A stretch of 64,000 nucleotides of DNA from contig NMRA01000049.1 in the NCBI GenBank assembly GCA_002633005.1, forward strand, positions 1 through 64,000. Direction: 5' to 3'. Positions 12,290 through 23,600 of the stretch are shown piece by piece. The notes beneath the pieces were generated by a model. That model was given only the letters and a program-made list of their open reading frames with translations. It was not told the DNA's origin and ran no database searches. Both the position numbers and the translations under genes were made by a program. The stretch comes from Phoronis australis (lineage: Eukaryota > Animalia > Phoronida). Each line of letters starts with the position of its first letter. Position 1 is the stretch's first letter.

Positions 12290-13150
12290 CCCGGTGGCGT
12301 CCCAACACAACTGTGCTTCCATAGGGGTATGGGTTAATGGCACAGGTGCCACTAAAACTGCTGTGAGTCCGGTGCCCCAAAACGCGTGGGACCCACGATA
12401 TGTCACTTCTGCTACGTTGTTAATCCAGCACTGGTGCATGATAATTTGCACACATGGGAGCCACGCTCCTGGTCAAAGTATGGCAGAGTAGGACAGAATT
12501 CTGTCAATAATTGTCCAGTTTACTTTCAATACTGCAGTAGTTGGACAAGAACGTCCTCCATAACTTATTCCTCCATTGAGTGTAACCACATCCACCAGAC
12601 AACAACTTCTTGTCTTCACGCTGAAAGCTTCCTGAAACTTAGAAAATATCAACTGTACCTGAGTTTGTTATTAACATTTCTAACGCAGTGAAGGTGGACA
12701 CGACTGATTACTAGGAGTGGTAACTTCTCTCAGATAATGCACCCTGGTGTGGTAAGAAAAAGTGCTAACTTGCTACTTGGCAATCTCTTTTGAGCAATTT
12801 GGGCTCAGATTGATTGTTTGATGTCAACACACAGTAAACACCAATGTTTTTTTATGGGTTTTAGAAGGATCCGCTGTTAGCTTGTAGTTTATGCCTTGAA
12901 CTGCTCCCTTCCTCTCGCTTAACAAGTTGCAGTGGGGTGTCCTTTGTGTCAAGCGTTTCTTATGTGAATAGGAATTCCTAATTTCATTTCCTTCATAACC
13001 ATGATGAGTTGTCTTAATTTTAGAGTAAAGTATTCCGAGTCGTTGGTGAGTGTTCATGGTGACAGCTGAGTTTTGTCAGTCCCGACCGATGTTTTTTCGT
13101 AGGTTGTTACCAGTTGGCTTTCTTCGGATGTAGTCACCATGCGCCATCGA
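12290..13150 (-). mobile_element. Possible heavily decayed BEL/Pao LTR-retrotransposon gag relic
   Basis: Minus-strand fragments in different frames, in gag order: NLLSERKGAVQGINYKL, CII*EKLPLLVI, PMCANYH. These are reminiscent of BEL gag motifs. Many stops and no LTRs seen. Confidence 0.3.
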
Positions 13151-14541
13151 GGATTTGATGAGTCTTCGGTCCAGCCAATATCAACGCAGTCAGCTTTGAT
13201 ACCGATTTGAGCGGGCTTTATATACACTCAATGACTAGAATTCCTCAGATAAGAACTGTGAATTTCGCCCATATAATTATCTGGAGACCTCAAGGTGTTA
13301 CTTTTTAGACAAATTAAACCTCGAAGATAAAATTCAAGGGCGGATCCAGCATTTTGAGGTTGGGGAGGGGCAGGCCTGAGTATTAGCCGGGATTTGACCG
13401 TCAGACCGTCGCACTCCCGAAATGCCAAATGGAAACCCGGAGAATTTTAGGGGGTCGTGGCCCCCTTGCCCGACCCCAAAATCCGGAACTGTATTTGGCG
13501 AATATGAACGGTATCAATTTTGTTTGTGATAGTATGAACTCTTCTCCTCTGACGCATCGCGCCATTGTAAAAACGGTCACATCCTTGTTTGAAGTGACAG
13601 TTATCATTATTTGCACCAATTTTTGCCGTTTGTGACACGTAGAAGTTGGTTTGAAACGTTTTGCAACTTCCATTTTGATTTTATAAGCTGAAAGGTTTCG
13701 TTAATTTTAGTGATAATTCAGTTATGGTCATACAATGTACATATGAGTAACACATCTTCCGAAATCGGTAAGAACGGACAAATCAGTCAGAATTGATTCT
13801 TTGCAAGAAAACGTTTTTTCGTTTGGCTATTTCGTATTCACAACGAGTCACAACTATTGCGCTTGTGCTAGTTAAGAATAACCTTTTGGAGAACGAAAAC
13901 AGTAAAAAACGCACGTAAACAAAATTAAGCCACGCAGGAATTTTTATCGGTAAGGACAACATTCATGGCGAGTGGCATGCTTGTAATATCAGTTGAACGA
14001 TTCTTAACCACAATGATATTACGGTGCTCTACTTGTAATGCAGTTATCACAACTGAAAAGAGTTTAGCATCAACAAGACACGTGAGGAAGAAAGTACAAC
14101 AGCTGTTAATCGGAAGAGATATCTGCTGTTGATTATGTAAGTCCCAGTAACTTTGCGCATGCGTACGATGACTTCGTGGTAGCTGTTTCCACCAAGGTAT
14201 TTCTTGTCCTCCAACGATACGTGACGATCTTGTCGTAGACAGCATATGCGTATACAAGTGATCAGGTGCAGATCTTTATCGTCTTCAAAGACCATTAATG
14301 CGACAGTAGTGGTTAAATATCGTCGCTGAGAGTTTCTTTGCATGAGTACTAAATATGAAGCGAAATACACCTTGGGTTCGAAACATTGGAAATGTGTGTC
14401 TTGGATTTAACAATACCAGACCCGTACTGGTCTCAGCTGTGCCCAACTGTACGTTAACGGGATAAAATTTAAAATCCTTAGTTCCCCCGGTGTTTTGTTG
14501 CCAACGAAAGTCCCTTCCGGTGCACAGCATGTGCATTTCTT

Positions 14542-14704
14542 GACCTGCCTCCCGTTCAGAAACGCTAGGACCTCGCTAAAAAGCAAGACTTCGCGAGATT
14601 ACGTGAGATATTGCCGTGTATTTTAAATGAGAACACGTGACTTTGACTAGGTTTTAGCTGGGTCCTTGCGTAGGTCCTAGCGTCTACTGAACGCACGCCT
14701 GGTC
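14542..14704. mobile_element. ~160-bp MITE, copy 2
   Basis: gacctgcctcccgttcagaaacgctaggacc ... ggtcctagcgtctactgaacgcacgcctggtc are inverted termini. Homologous to 11192-11345. Confidence 0.75.
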
Positions 14705-14885
14705 TTGTCAGATTATTGCACTGTCTTGGTGACGTCAGACGGTGGATCAACACTACAGTCTTAGCTTTGCTTCTTGAAAACGGGAAACCACCATCTTGAC
14801 ATTCAAGTCATTAGAAGTAGAGAAAGGTTGGGAGTATTGGGAGCCGAAAATGAGACGAGAGGGAGATCTTGTTTAAGTCGATAAT

Positions 14886-15278
14886 ATTGCCGCGCCATTA
14901 GGCACATGGGCCTATATCCGAAATAATGCCTCTTTTTGAATCCTTTTTTACGGAAGAGGTTCGCATATTGGATCATGCTCCTAAGTTTCGGATATAAGTC
15001 AAGCTACTAATGTTCCCCTGCATAGACCCATACGCTAATTGACATGTAGGCGTACCCGCTGTCCCTCTTAATAATAGTTTTACGCTGCCTCTGTATCTTG
15101 GCAGTTCCTTGGCCTAGGTTCAAGCAATTTTGTAAATAGTTCGGTGTTACCGTATTGTCCCACCTTTAGGCCCATGGACCAATATCCGAAGCAGTGTTTG
15201 GGGTCCTCTTTTACTCAAACGGTTTACATATTGGTGCGTGTGCCTAAGTTTAATTAGAACGCATAATGGCGCTCAATG
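14886..15278. repeat. Probable MITE with internal ~90-bp direct repeat
   Basis: Imperfect inverted ends attgccgcgccatta ... taatggcgctcaat. The unit ggc.catgg.cc.atatccgaa...catattgg...cctaagtt appears twice, at about 14900 and about 15170. Confidence 0.5.
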
Positions 15279-15718
15279 CAGTTAGAAAAAATGGCAAAGA
15301 AAGCGGTACATCTGGGAGTGAGAGAGAATAGACGAAAACCGTGAGGATCTTGACCGCGGATTGTTGGGCGCAAAATTTGAAGAGATTTTTTTTTCTCACA
15401 CCCACAATCCAAGTACTTTCGTTCAGAGAATTGTGTACAGGTAGGCCTAGTAACAAGAAAATTTTATTCCATCGACGATGAAGATGACAAACTGAAAGTG
15501 AGAACATAGGACGAGCGTGTTCCCACACGAACGAGCAGACATGGGTGCATGATTTTGTCCAGGCAGTTCCGATAGGGTATAAACGAAGGGAGTGCTTGAG
15601 ACTCCTCCATTGCAGCAGTTGACCTTCTAGTGTGTGCGATACTGCACCCAACGTGCGTGTTGCGCGCATGTCTTGGACAACACGTGAACTACATGAGTTA
15701 GCTGTTCTGTTGAAATAG

Positions 15719-16560
15719 CATGGACGGCGCACCAAGGGGGGCTGGGGGATGTAGCCCCCCACTTTTTAGGGCTGCATCGCCCATGTAAACTATGGAAAGA
15801 CAAGCAAAAAAACCAGGACACATATTTTTTTATCTAGAATTAAAATCTCTACAGGACCAAAAAGCTATACTCAAAACCAGAATTTATCACGCCAGGACCT
15901 ATATTCTATCGTGTAATGAGGCCCAACATTTTTGATACGCCAGGACTGAACATTTTCCACGACTGGACATAAAGTTTACCATGCAAGGACATCAAATTTC
16001 ATGGCAGGACAGAAATTCATGCCAGAAGACCACATGACTGTCTGTAAGCACGTGATAACGAAAATGCAGTGGACGCCATTCACTTCAGTGAACCATGAGA
16101 CAGTCGATTGGTTGCGTCTTGTGTGTCCAATAGTACATTGGGTTTGTAAAACGTGGAAAAGACAACACAAATTCAAACTTATTGACACAATAATGTGACT
16201 GCTGGCGAGACATTGTTGAACACTTAGCTCTTATGTAGTTAGTGGCGACATCATCTCTTTGAGGAGTCACGTGTTTCTGGATCATGGTCACCTGGTCTCC
16301 TTGCATGAATTTTTCCTGTTAATTTTTCGATCTTGGCATTCGGTCCTGATGTCATAAATTATCGGTTCTGACGTCATCAATTTCAATGATAAATTATCGG
16401 CCCTGACTTAAAATATTTGTTCTTAAGTTGCTTTATTGTTTGGTCCTGCAGAGTGAAAATAAAATTTCGGGTCGTTTTTAATTCTTGAGTAAGAGAAAAA
16501 TCTGGATTTGAGCTCTTTTGTTGGTCCTGCAGAGTAAAAATAATGTTTTGACCTTTTTTA
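15719..16560. repeat. 67-bp mini-element followed by foldback-like region with opposed CAGGAC/GTCCTG arrays
   Basis: catggacggcg...cgcccatg at 15719-15785. Repeated caggac motifs at 15814-16010 are mirrored by ggtcctg motifs at 16340-16530. Confidence 0.5.
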
Positions 16561-17947
16561 CTTTTTGAAAAGAAAATTTGTATGCTGGAACTTTTCCGTT
16601 TTGATTTTCTATGGTGAAATGACTTGTGAACAATACCAGCACTCACAAAATGTGAAGTGCGCACTCAAAAAGCCTGGCTTGTGGATTGCAAGGACGTCCC
16701 AATCACACTTCGCTGAAAGTGCATGGGCATTTGAGTCAGTGAACCGTATAACTAGGGGATGGGCGTCGTGTTTATGAGTCAGTGTCATTATTCAAAGTTA
16801 TTCACACATACAGAATTTAAAAACAGTAGATAAACAAGAGTCAAATAGACGTACCGTTCGAGGTGTACAACTGGAACTCATCCGCGCATGTATAAGGATA
16901 CACTTAGCAGCAGATACAGTGATGCGCCTCAAACTGATTATACCATCATTGTCACCATGCTATAAGTATCTTTTGAGCATAGAGGGACACCTTAGGAGGG
17001 CTTTAATAAATTAATTCCTTCCAACTTGAACAAACAGTATCTGCACAGAGGGTACTTAAAGCTGGAAGTCGTCGGTAACAACCAATTAAGTCCCGTTTAG
17101 ATATCAACTTTTCGCCCGTCGAAACTGACACGGAGCAAATTGATTGTTGTCAAGCGGCTGTTTACACACACAACTCACTAACAAGGTGACGGAATTTGTA
17201 GGCTGGAGAGTGGAACGCACATGTGCAGATTAACAAATGGCGGGATCGAGTTGCAGAGAGAGAGAAGACGTATGTAGGTCACTGCACAAGCGCAGTGGAT
17301 TTGATCCTTTCCACCTTGCCCCAGTTTCGCGTTTAGACATGCAATTGGCATGGAGCAAGATGGCAAATTGCTCTACCTCACAAACGGGTGGCAAGTTGTC
17401 ACCGCGGTGTCACTTTGCTCCAGGTCAGTCCTGTTTACACACATACTTTCGCTAGAACATCTCGTTCCGTGTCAGCTCATCGGTGTCATTTTTTGTAGTG
17501 TAAACGGCACTTTAGATGCCTTGACAGATTGAACTGGCGGAACCGGCAAATTTAACCAAGTACAGACACTTGACCAATTAAACATTGCTACATGTTTAGC
17601 CTGCGGCAGTCGCAGGCGGCTGGTTCCCTGCTTCAACTCTAGGTGGCGTAGCAGTTTTGGCAGGAAATAGTCGACGACTTGATTTTGTAACATTTTCGTT
17701 GCCGGGGCGTACCTTAAATACGTGCGAGTTCAAATCTCAATGCGCAAGACCACATATACAACACCGAGGCAACTGCCAAAGCTTTTACCTGAACATTGAG
17801 ACGCTGGTATGTGTCACCACTATTGAGAGGCAAGACCGTAATCAAATCGGATATAATAAAAAATAATTGCAGGCGGTCTGATACACGTTGTACCAGACGT
17901 GCGCAGGCCTTGTAATTGGGCCCATTGCACTGATCACCTGGAAATAT

Positions 17948-18098
17948 TCTTATTCTTTATTAATATATGGTTAAAACCAAGCTGAGGAGCTAGAAACCTG
18001 GCTCAATGGTTTAGCAGTGTGACCTAGTGGGACTCGAAGCCACGACCTCGAGTAATAGTGAAAGCGGGCACTTATCAACTAGGCCACACTGTCTGCTC
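17948..18098 (-). mobile_element. tRNA-derived SINE, copy B
   Basis: Minus strand reads cagtgtggcctagttgataagtg (A box) ... ggcttcgagtcccact (B box-like) ... ggtcacactgctaaac...gtttctagc, then an AT-rich tail. Homologous to 28441-28590 and 45365-45503. Confidence 0.8.
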
Positions 18099-18637
18099 AA
18101 TCAAATCGGAGTTAAACAGTCGCAGTTCTCGCAGAGGCTTTGGAAGAGTCACTACATAAAAGTGTAGGCTTTTGCTACAAATTAATGCACGGAAAAGACG
18201 CAAATTTTGCCACAAAGTTCCCCGAACTTCGCACGAGTACAAGGCCACGAATATACAGGTACTTCTTTGAAAAATGTTGGTCATACGCCTATTCTCACGA
18301 CGTTTGCGCTCACTGTCAAAGCCCGATCATGGGGAAAGACCTTGCAGTACTTTTCACCAACAACATTGACGGCGCTAACAAATACATCTATTCAGTATAG
18401 AAAAATGCTGAAAATACATTTACAATATCACTTGAAGTCAAACCATTGATAGGTTTCAAACGAGTGGATTATCTAGAGCTCGTTCTCGCTGCTTTTCTTT
18501 AGCTTGACTGTTATGAATGATCCTATTATCAATGTATTTTGAGCGTGTGATCCTAACCCAACAACTTGTTTGAAGCCTGCTCAACCCTCCTCCCCGTTTA
18601 CACGGCAGCCTAGTTTTGGTAAACCAACTCAGTACGT

Positions 18638-19476
18638 TCAGTGGCTATTATCGACCTCCCTACTGGCTTCAACATCTGACCGCTTGCCAAGTCCAACTCG
18701 ATACATCCAGTTCCCATTCCGTTTCTCACCGTTACCTCTCTTGCCCAAACCTACGCGATACATCCAACTCGCAGCTCGTTTGGTGCTGTCCTGATCTCGC
18801 TTGCCCAAGCCCACGTGGTATATCCAATCTTTCGTCGCTCTTTCAATTCCGTTTTCGTCACGTTTTCCCAAGCCCACACGATACATCCAACCATTAGCAC
18901 GCTTATAATCGTCATTTCCACCCCTCTTCCCCAAACCAACCTTGTACATCCATGAAGTGATAGCGCGCTTGATTTCGTTTTCATTGGCTAGTTTTCCACG
19001 GCGAACTTGATGCGTCCAACTTAAGGCATCGCGTTTTTCTACACCATCCTCAACACTGTCCAATTTCCGCGACTGGTCATCTATCAATGGCGCAACACCG
19101 TCTTCTCTTTTCCCTAAACCAACTCGGTATATCCATCTGTCCAATCGTTTTTCATCCTCTTTTATATCGGTGCCTGGTTTACCTAAGCCATACTGCCAGC
19201 TATTGCCTCGGTTTACTCCTTCTCCAAAATTTTTATGTATAAAATTGCGAAATAAATTCAGTGCGGCTTCTCTATCAAAATTTCTTCTCATTAAATCAAA
19301 CCTATTCTCCAAACTGTTCAGCCACTTTTCTTTGCTACCTTCCAAACCAACTCGCTTTCCAAGACCAACGCGATACATCCAGCTCCCAGCTGCTCTTTTA
19401 TTGCTTTTCAATGTGTTGTCGCTTCCAAGAAGCTCTTTTATTGACTTGTTTGCACCTTCCTCGGTCAGATCGAAGC
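18638..19476 (-). CDS. Neuropeptide precursor, peptide-coding exon (allatostatin-A/buccalin-like W[MI]Y[RKH]VGL-amides)
   Basis: Acceptor ttttgtctttccccag| (AG at 19478-19477, phase 1). Seven W[MI]Y[RKH]VGL-GKR repeats, each preceded by KR or R, with acidic spacers. GKR is a canonical amidation plus convertase site. The ORF-track start at 19510 is intronic. Confidence 0.95.
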
Positions 19477-19962
19477 CTGGGGAAAGACAAAACTGAGTGT
19501 TATTTCCCAAAAATGCTTTATTTCAAGGAACACGTGTGTGTGTTCCAGCCTTCACAGGTTGATGAGTGTACATCACAAAATATAATTTGTGTATAAACAT
19601 GATCGGAAATGCCTGTATGAGTATCTCAAACGGGCTGTACTGGGAACTATTATTGTTTGCAAGACAGAGAAGTTACGGAAAATGACACTGTTGTATCTGA
19701 TCAAAGTAAAATGACAACGGTTCTTAAAGACTCTATACATCTGACTTTCAGTCTTTGCTTTCCCATAAGAGACATTTTCTGAAGTATTATTTGCATATTT
19801 AACATGACTGATCAAAAAAACCTAAAAGAACGAAGAATGACTATGCTTGATCTGGCGAGATTTCTTTCGCTACCCAGACGCAACGTGACAGTAGATTTAG
19901 TACTTACTAAATACAGTTCACATTGTTGAACGAAATGTGTCAGACAGTAATTCATGCGTGCA

Positions 19963-20180
19963 CCCGGGGGACTCGGGGGGAGGGCTCGAACGAGCCCCCA
20001 TTTGGCGAAGTGGGCGAAAAAGTCCACCTCGGAGAAACAACAAGTCCGAGAAAAACAGACAAAAGTCCACTATAAATAGGCGCGAATGCACAATTCACAG
20101 CTTTGATTATGGTACCCCGTTTTCGTTTGTAAAAGGTCCACATTTTCAAAAATTTGAGCCCCCTATATTCTAGGCTGGGT
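19963..20180. repeat. GC-rich MITE-like remnant with repeated aaaa(g)gtccac motifs
   Basis: gggggagggctcgaacgagccccc hairpin and three aaaagtccac/aaaaggtccac motifs. Confidence 0.45.
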
Positions 20181-20487
20181 TTGCATGTAATTCCTCAGAA
20201 AAATCCCATTTGCTACAGTGAACTTTTAAAAGGTTAGAGAAATGAAATGTAAGTTACCCTGACCCTTGCGTAGTCTGATGATCTGTTACAAAAAGTGACT
20301 TAAAATAATGGGCTTACGGTCCACATAAATATTTCTGAAAATAATAAAAATTGAGTTCAACAAACGAAAAAAGCATCTAAGATTATATCCACGACTCTAC
20401 CGTTACCTATTGAAAAATGTGTACCAATTATTTTGTATTCAGTGATGTGCATGACTACAGCTTCATTTGTCAATTACATATATATGC

Positions 20488-20631
20488 ATGGGCGGCGTAA
20501 CACTCAAAAAGTGGTGGGCTAAAGCCCTCTCAGCCCCCCTGTGGTGCACCACCTATGGACCATATGCGGCGTAGCACTGAAAAAACTGTGAAGGCTATAG
20601 CTCCCCTGCCCCCTATGGTGCGCCACCCATG
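20488..20631. mobile_element. Tandem pair of the ~67-bp CATGGGCGG mini-element
   Basis: catgggcggcgtaacactc...ccacctatg followed by catatgcggcgtagcactg...ccacccatg. Reverse orientation relative to 1130-1266. Confidence 0.7.
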
Positions 20632-23600
20632 TTTTGAAGTGGGAGTGTCAGGACAAAGTTTTGTGTGAAGTCTTTAACCACTGTCATGACACGGACTATA
20701 GGACTGAGTTTAAGACCCCAGCACATTAAGCTAGTGTCATCGTTTGCTGCATTGATTGCGATATCTCGCGAAATCTAGCAATTTGCAACCTTATTGCGGT
20801 TACGGAACGCAGGCCTGCATTCTGTAAGAGCTGTTTTTTTCTGGAACAGAAAAGTATGACAATCACGTGCGTATCGAGTTCACCAGATAGGTCATTGTCT
20901 GCGTTGAATGAACATTAACGAGGTTTCGGAAACGACTGAACCAACTTGCGTTAAATTCCGTTTTATGAAACTTTATCTATAGTAAAGAGAAAAGGCTATC
21001 TTCATTTGTTACCCACAATGGCACATCAATATTCATCAAAGCTTTCATCCTTCTCCTACGATAAAGTTACAATTATTTGGGTCACACGTTTTGCTCAAAC
21101 GTAATTGATGATAGAAATTTAATAAAGCGAAGCTAGCCTTAAGTTTATTTGTGAGTTTGGTAATCGGTTCCATTTACTCTACTCATTGCAGTAGAACTGG
21201 TCAAAGACAACATTGCATAACAGTATGTCTTGTACTGCTTTATCACTTCATTCTTAACAGACGCAAACGGCGAAGCGTGAAACAACTGAACATGTTCATT
21301 GGTGACTTCAGGTTGAGTTATTAGGTGTCAGGACAAGCTTTGCAGACACGTAATTAGTTCCATTTCAAAGAGTGTTAAAGAGTTAACACAAAACAGAGGT
21401 TTCGTCCTCAATCTATCAAAACATCGTCAAACCTACTTCCTGTCCATTTATCAAAGAGAACCAGCGTCTGGCACGCATGATTCTGTCACTCTCGCCCAAT
21501 TAAAAACGGTTGCGTGAGAAGGACAAATTTGAAAAGTAGTCCATCCATACCCTCGTATTGATCACGCACACACGCACGCATTCATACACTCCCACTCGAC
21601 TCACGATTTTCAAAGGTCAAATGGCGTAATTAGAAACTAATTCCGAACACTTCGGCAAACAAAATTTTGCAGCACTTGCTGGTGATGTGGAAACTTTAGA
21701 GAGTGACTAATCATTTTCATATAAACCTATTCAGGTGAGATGTCATTAATTAGAAAATAGGTATGACTGATTGAAATCCAGGAGTACTTGCGTATTTTTT
21801 TATGTACAATCCGTGTGACGCATAAGTATTGCGGAGTTACAGTACAAAGAGTATTGCAATTTTGTTCAAAATTAACTAATTAAACGGAACTGGCGACTAA
21901 ATCTCAGTTTTCATCAGTTCAAAAAGGGTGCCGACGCTCAGTGGCGTCACAAATCTAGCATCATGAAAAATCGTGAATTTATTATTTATTTGCTATTTCT
22001 TTTCCACTTAGTTGCTAAGTAACATAGCCTTGTTTTTGACACTGACCACGCATTATCGGAGTCTGCTAAAAGTGGAGCTGCAGAAATTGCGACAAATTGA
22101 TTCTAAAATAATTGTTACTCTCCCTAGTTCGTATCAATTTTAGAAAAATCTTAATTGGACTGATTACTCATTTTCTTCTTCTAGGTGACGTAAGTTCATT
22201 TTGACCGTACTTTTTTGAAAATAAATTTTTTTGATTATCTTGTGATTCACCAACAAATGGTCGCCACAGTTACTGTAAACGAACCTCAATTTTATTGCAG
22301 TGAAAATCCGGTCTGTATCTAAAAGATGCCTCAGTTTCAGTCAGTAATATCAGTCGGTCGTTGTGACATTCTTCCATTTTCTAAATACAAGAAATCAAAA
22401 TAAAGCTTTGTGAAATACAGTTCATAACTTACATGCATTATCCCTTTCAGTGCTATTCTTTTTTTCATTTCTTATTAAATTTAGGATTTTCAATCAAAAA
22501 TTGTACACATACAGTAGCTTCGACTTAGTTTGCAATCAATGCATGTACATGCAGATGTCAATGTTAAATAGATTTTCCATCGTCTAACACAAACGTACAG
22601 TCATTGCTCAAGATATGACGCAAGGTCATTCTTAAATGAATACATGTGTGTGTCGGACTAGTTGAAATTTGTTGTAGCTGAGACATGTCTGGTTAGCGAA
22701 CCCGATTTGTATTGAAGAAGTGAAGTACATTACAACAAGGAATCACGCGTAGCCAAAAGCAGGGAAACTCGGTACGAATTTTAGCCTATTAACCGCGGAG
22801 CTAATGGTTGTGCTATCAGGCCTCCGGTTGCCACCAAATAGAATTCATGATCACCAATCTCACCCTTTTGCCTCCACTTAAAAGGGAACTGTATTTTATT
22901 CTGAAAAATTTGGCATAGCTATCTAAGAGTTGTTTATTAATTTCTCAAATAATTCAACAGCAAAAGGTGAGCTTAAATTCTCTAACGAAACACAAAAAGC
23001 ACCCGCTTGGAGCGCTGCTTCTCGTGACGTTTTTGCTGATTTAAAGCGAGTGTCTTTTCTTAGCGTGCAGTTAAGTGGCGTTTTCTAAATTGTCGGAGTA
23101 AGAAATTTTAGTGTGAAATGTCGGGTAACCAGGGATACCTGTTTGAGCCGAGGCAACACCAAATGATACCCAGTCTTCGTCATCGTCAGACGAAAATAAG
23201 CCTATTTCTTGGATATGACATTCCGAAGTCAGCCAAATAATCGTCGGCTCCATGGGAGGTATTAATTCCCAGTCCATTTGTCACCGACTGTAATTCCACA
23301 TCAGTAGAACAACGATGACTTGTCATATTTAAAAGATAATGCTGTACAATTAGTGCGATTAGAGTCATAAAATTACCACACGCGTATGCTTGCATTAAAT
23401 GGTATTGATTAGTCTTATGATACATGTATAATTGCAACGAGGTGCCAGTTTGTGGTTAATTTGAAGTCATAATGCGTGGACGATTGGATTGGCAACTAGT
23501 GACTGCGAATACACATGTATGATATGAATCACCTGTCACAAATTAAGTAAAACAAAGAACATAAACACAGTAAATGTTTTTGATTCGTGTAATTTGGAAA

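Noticed and set aside
13965-14330. Possible hAT/CGGBP1-like transposase relic (LRCSTCNAVI..., DLYRLQRPLMRQ)
   Set aside because: Similarity is too fragmentary to support without a profile search.
19477-19510. ORF-track N-terminus MGNNTQFCLSP of the neuropeptide
   Set aside because: It starts at a non-ATG codon, spans a polypyrimidine tract and AG acceptor, and has no signal peptide; it is intronic.
18570-19596. Plus-strand ORFs with repeated PTRYIQ
   Set aside because: Antisense shadows of the neuropeptide repeats.
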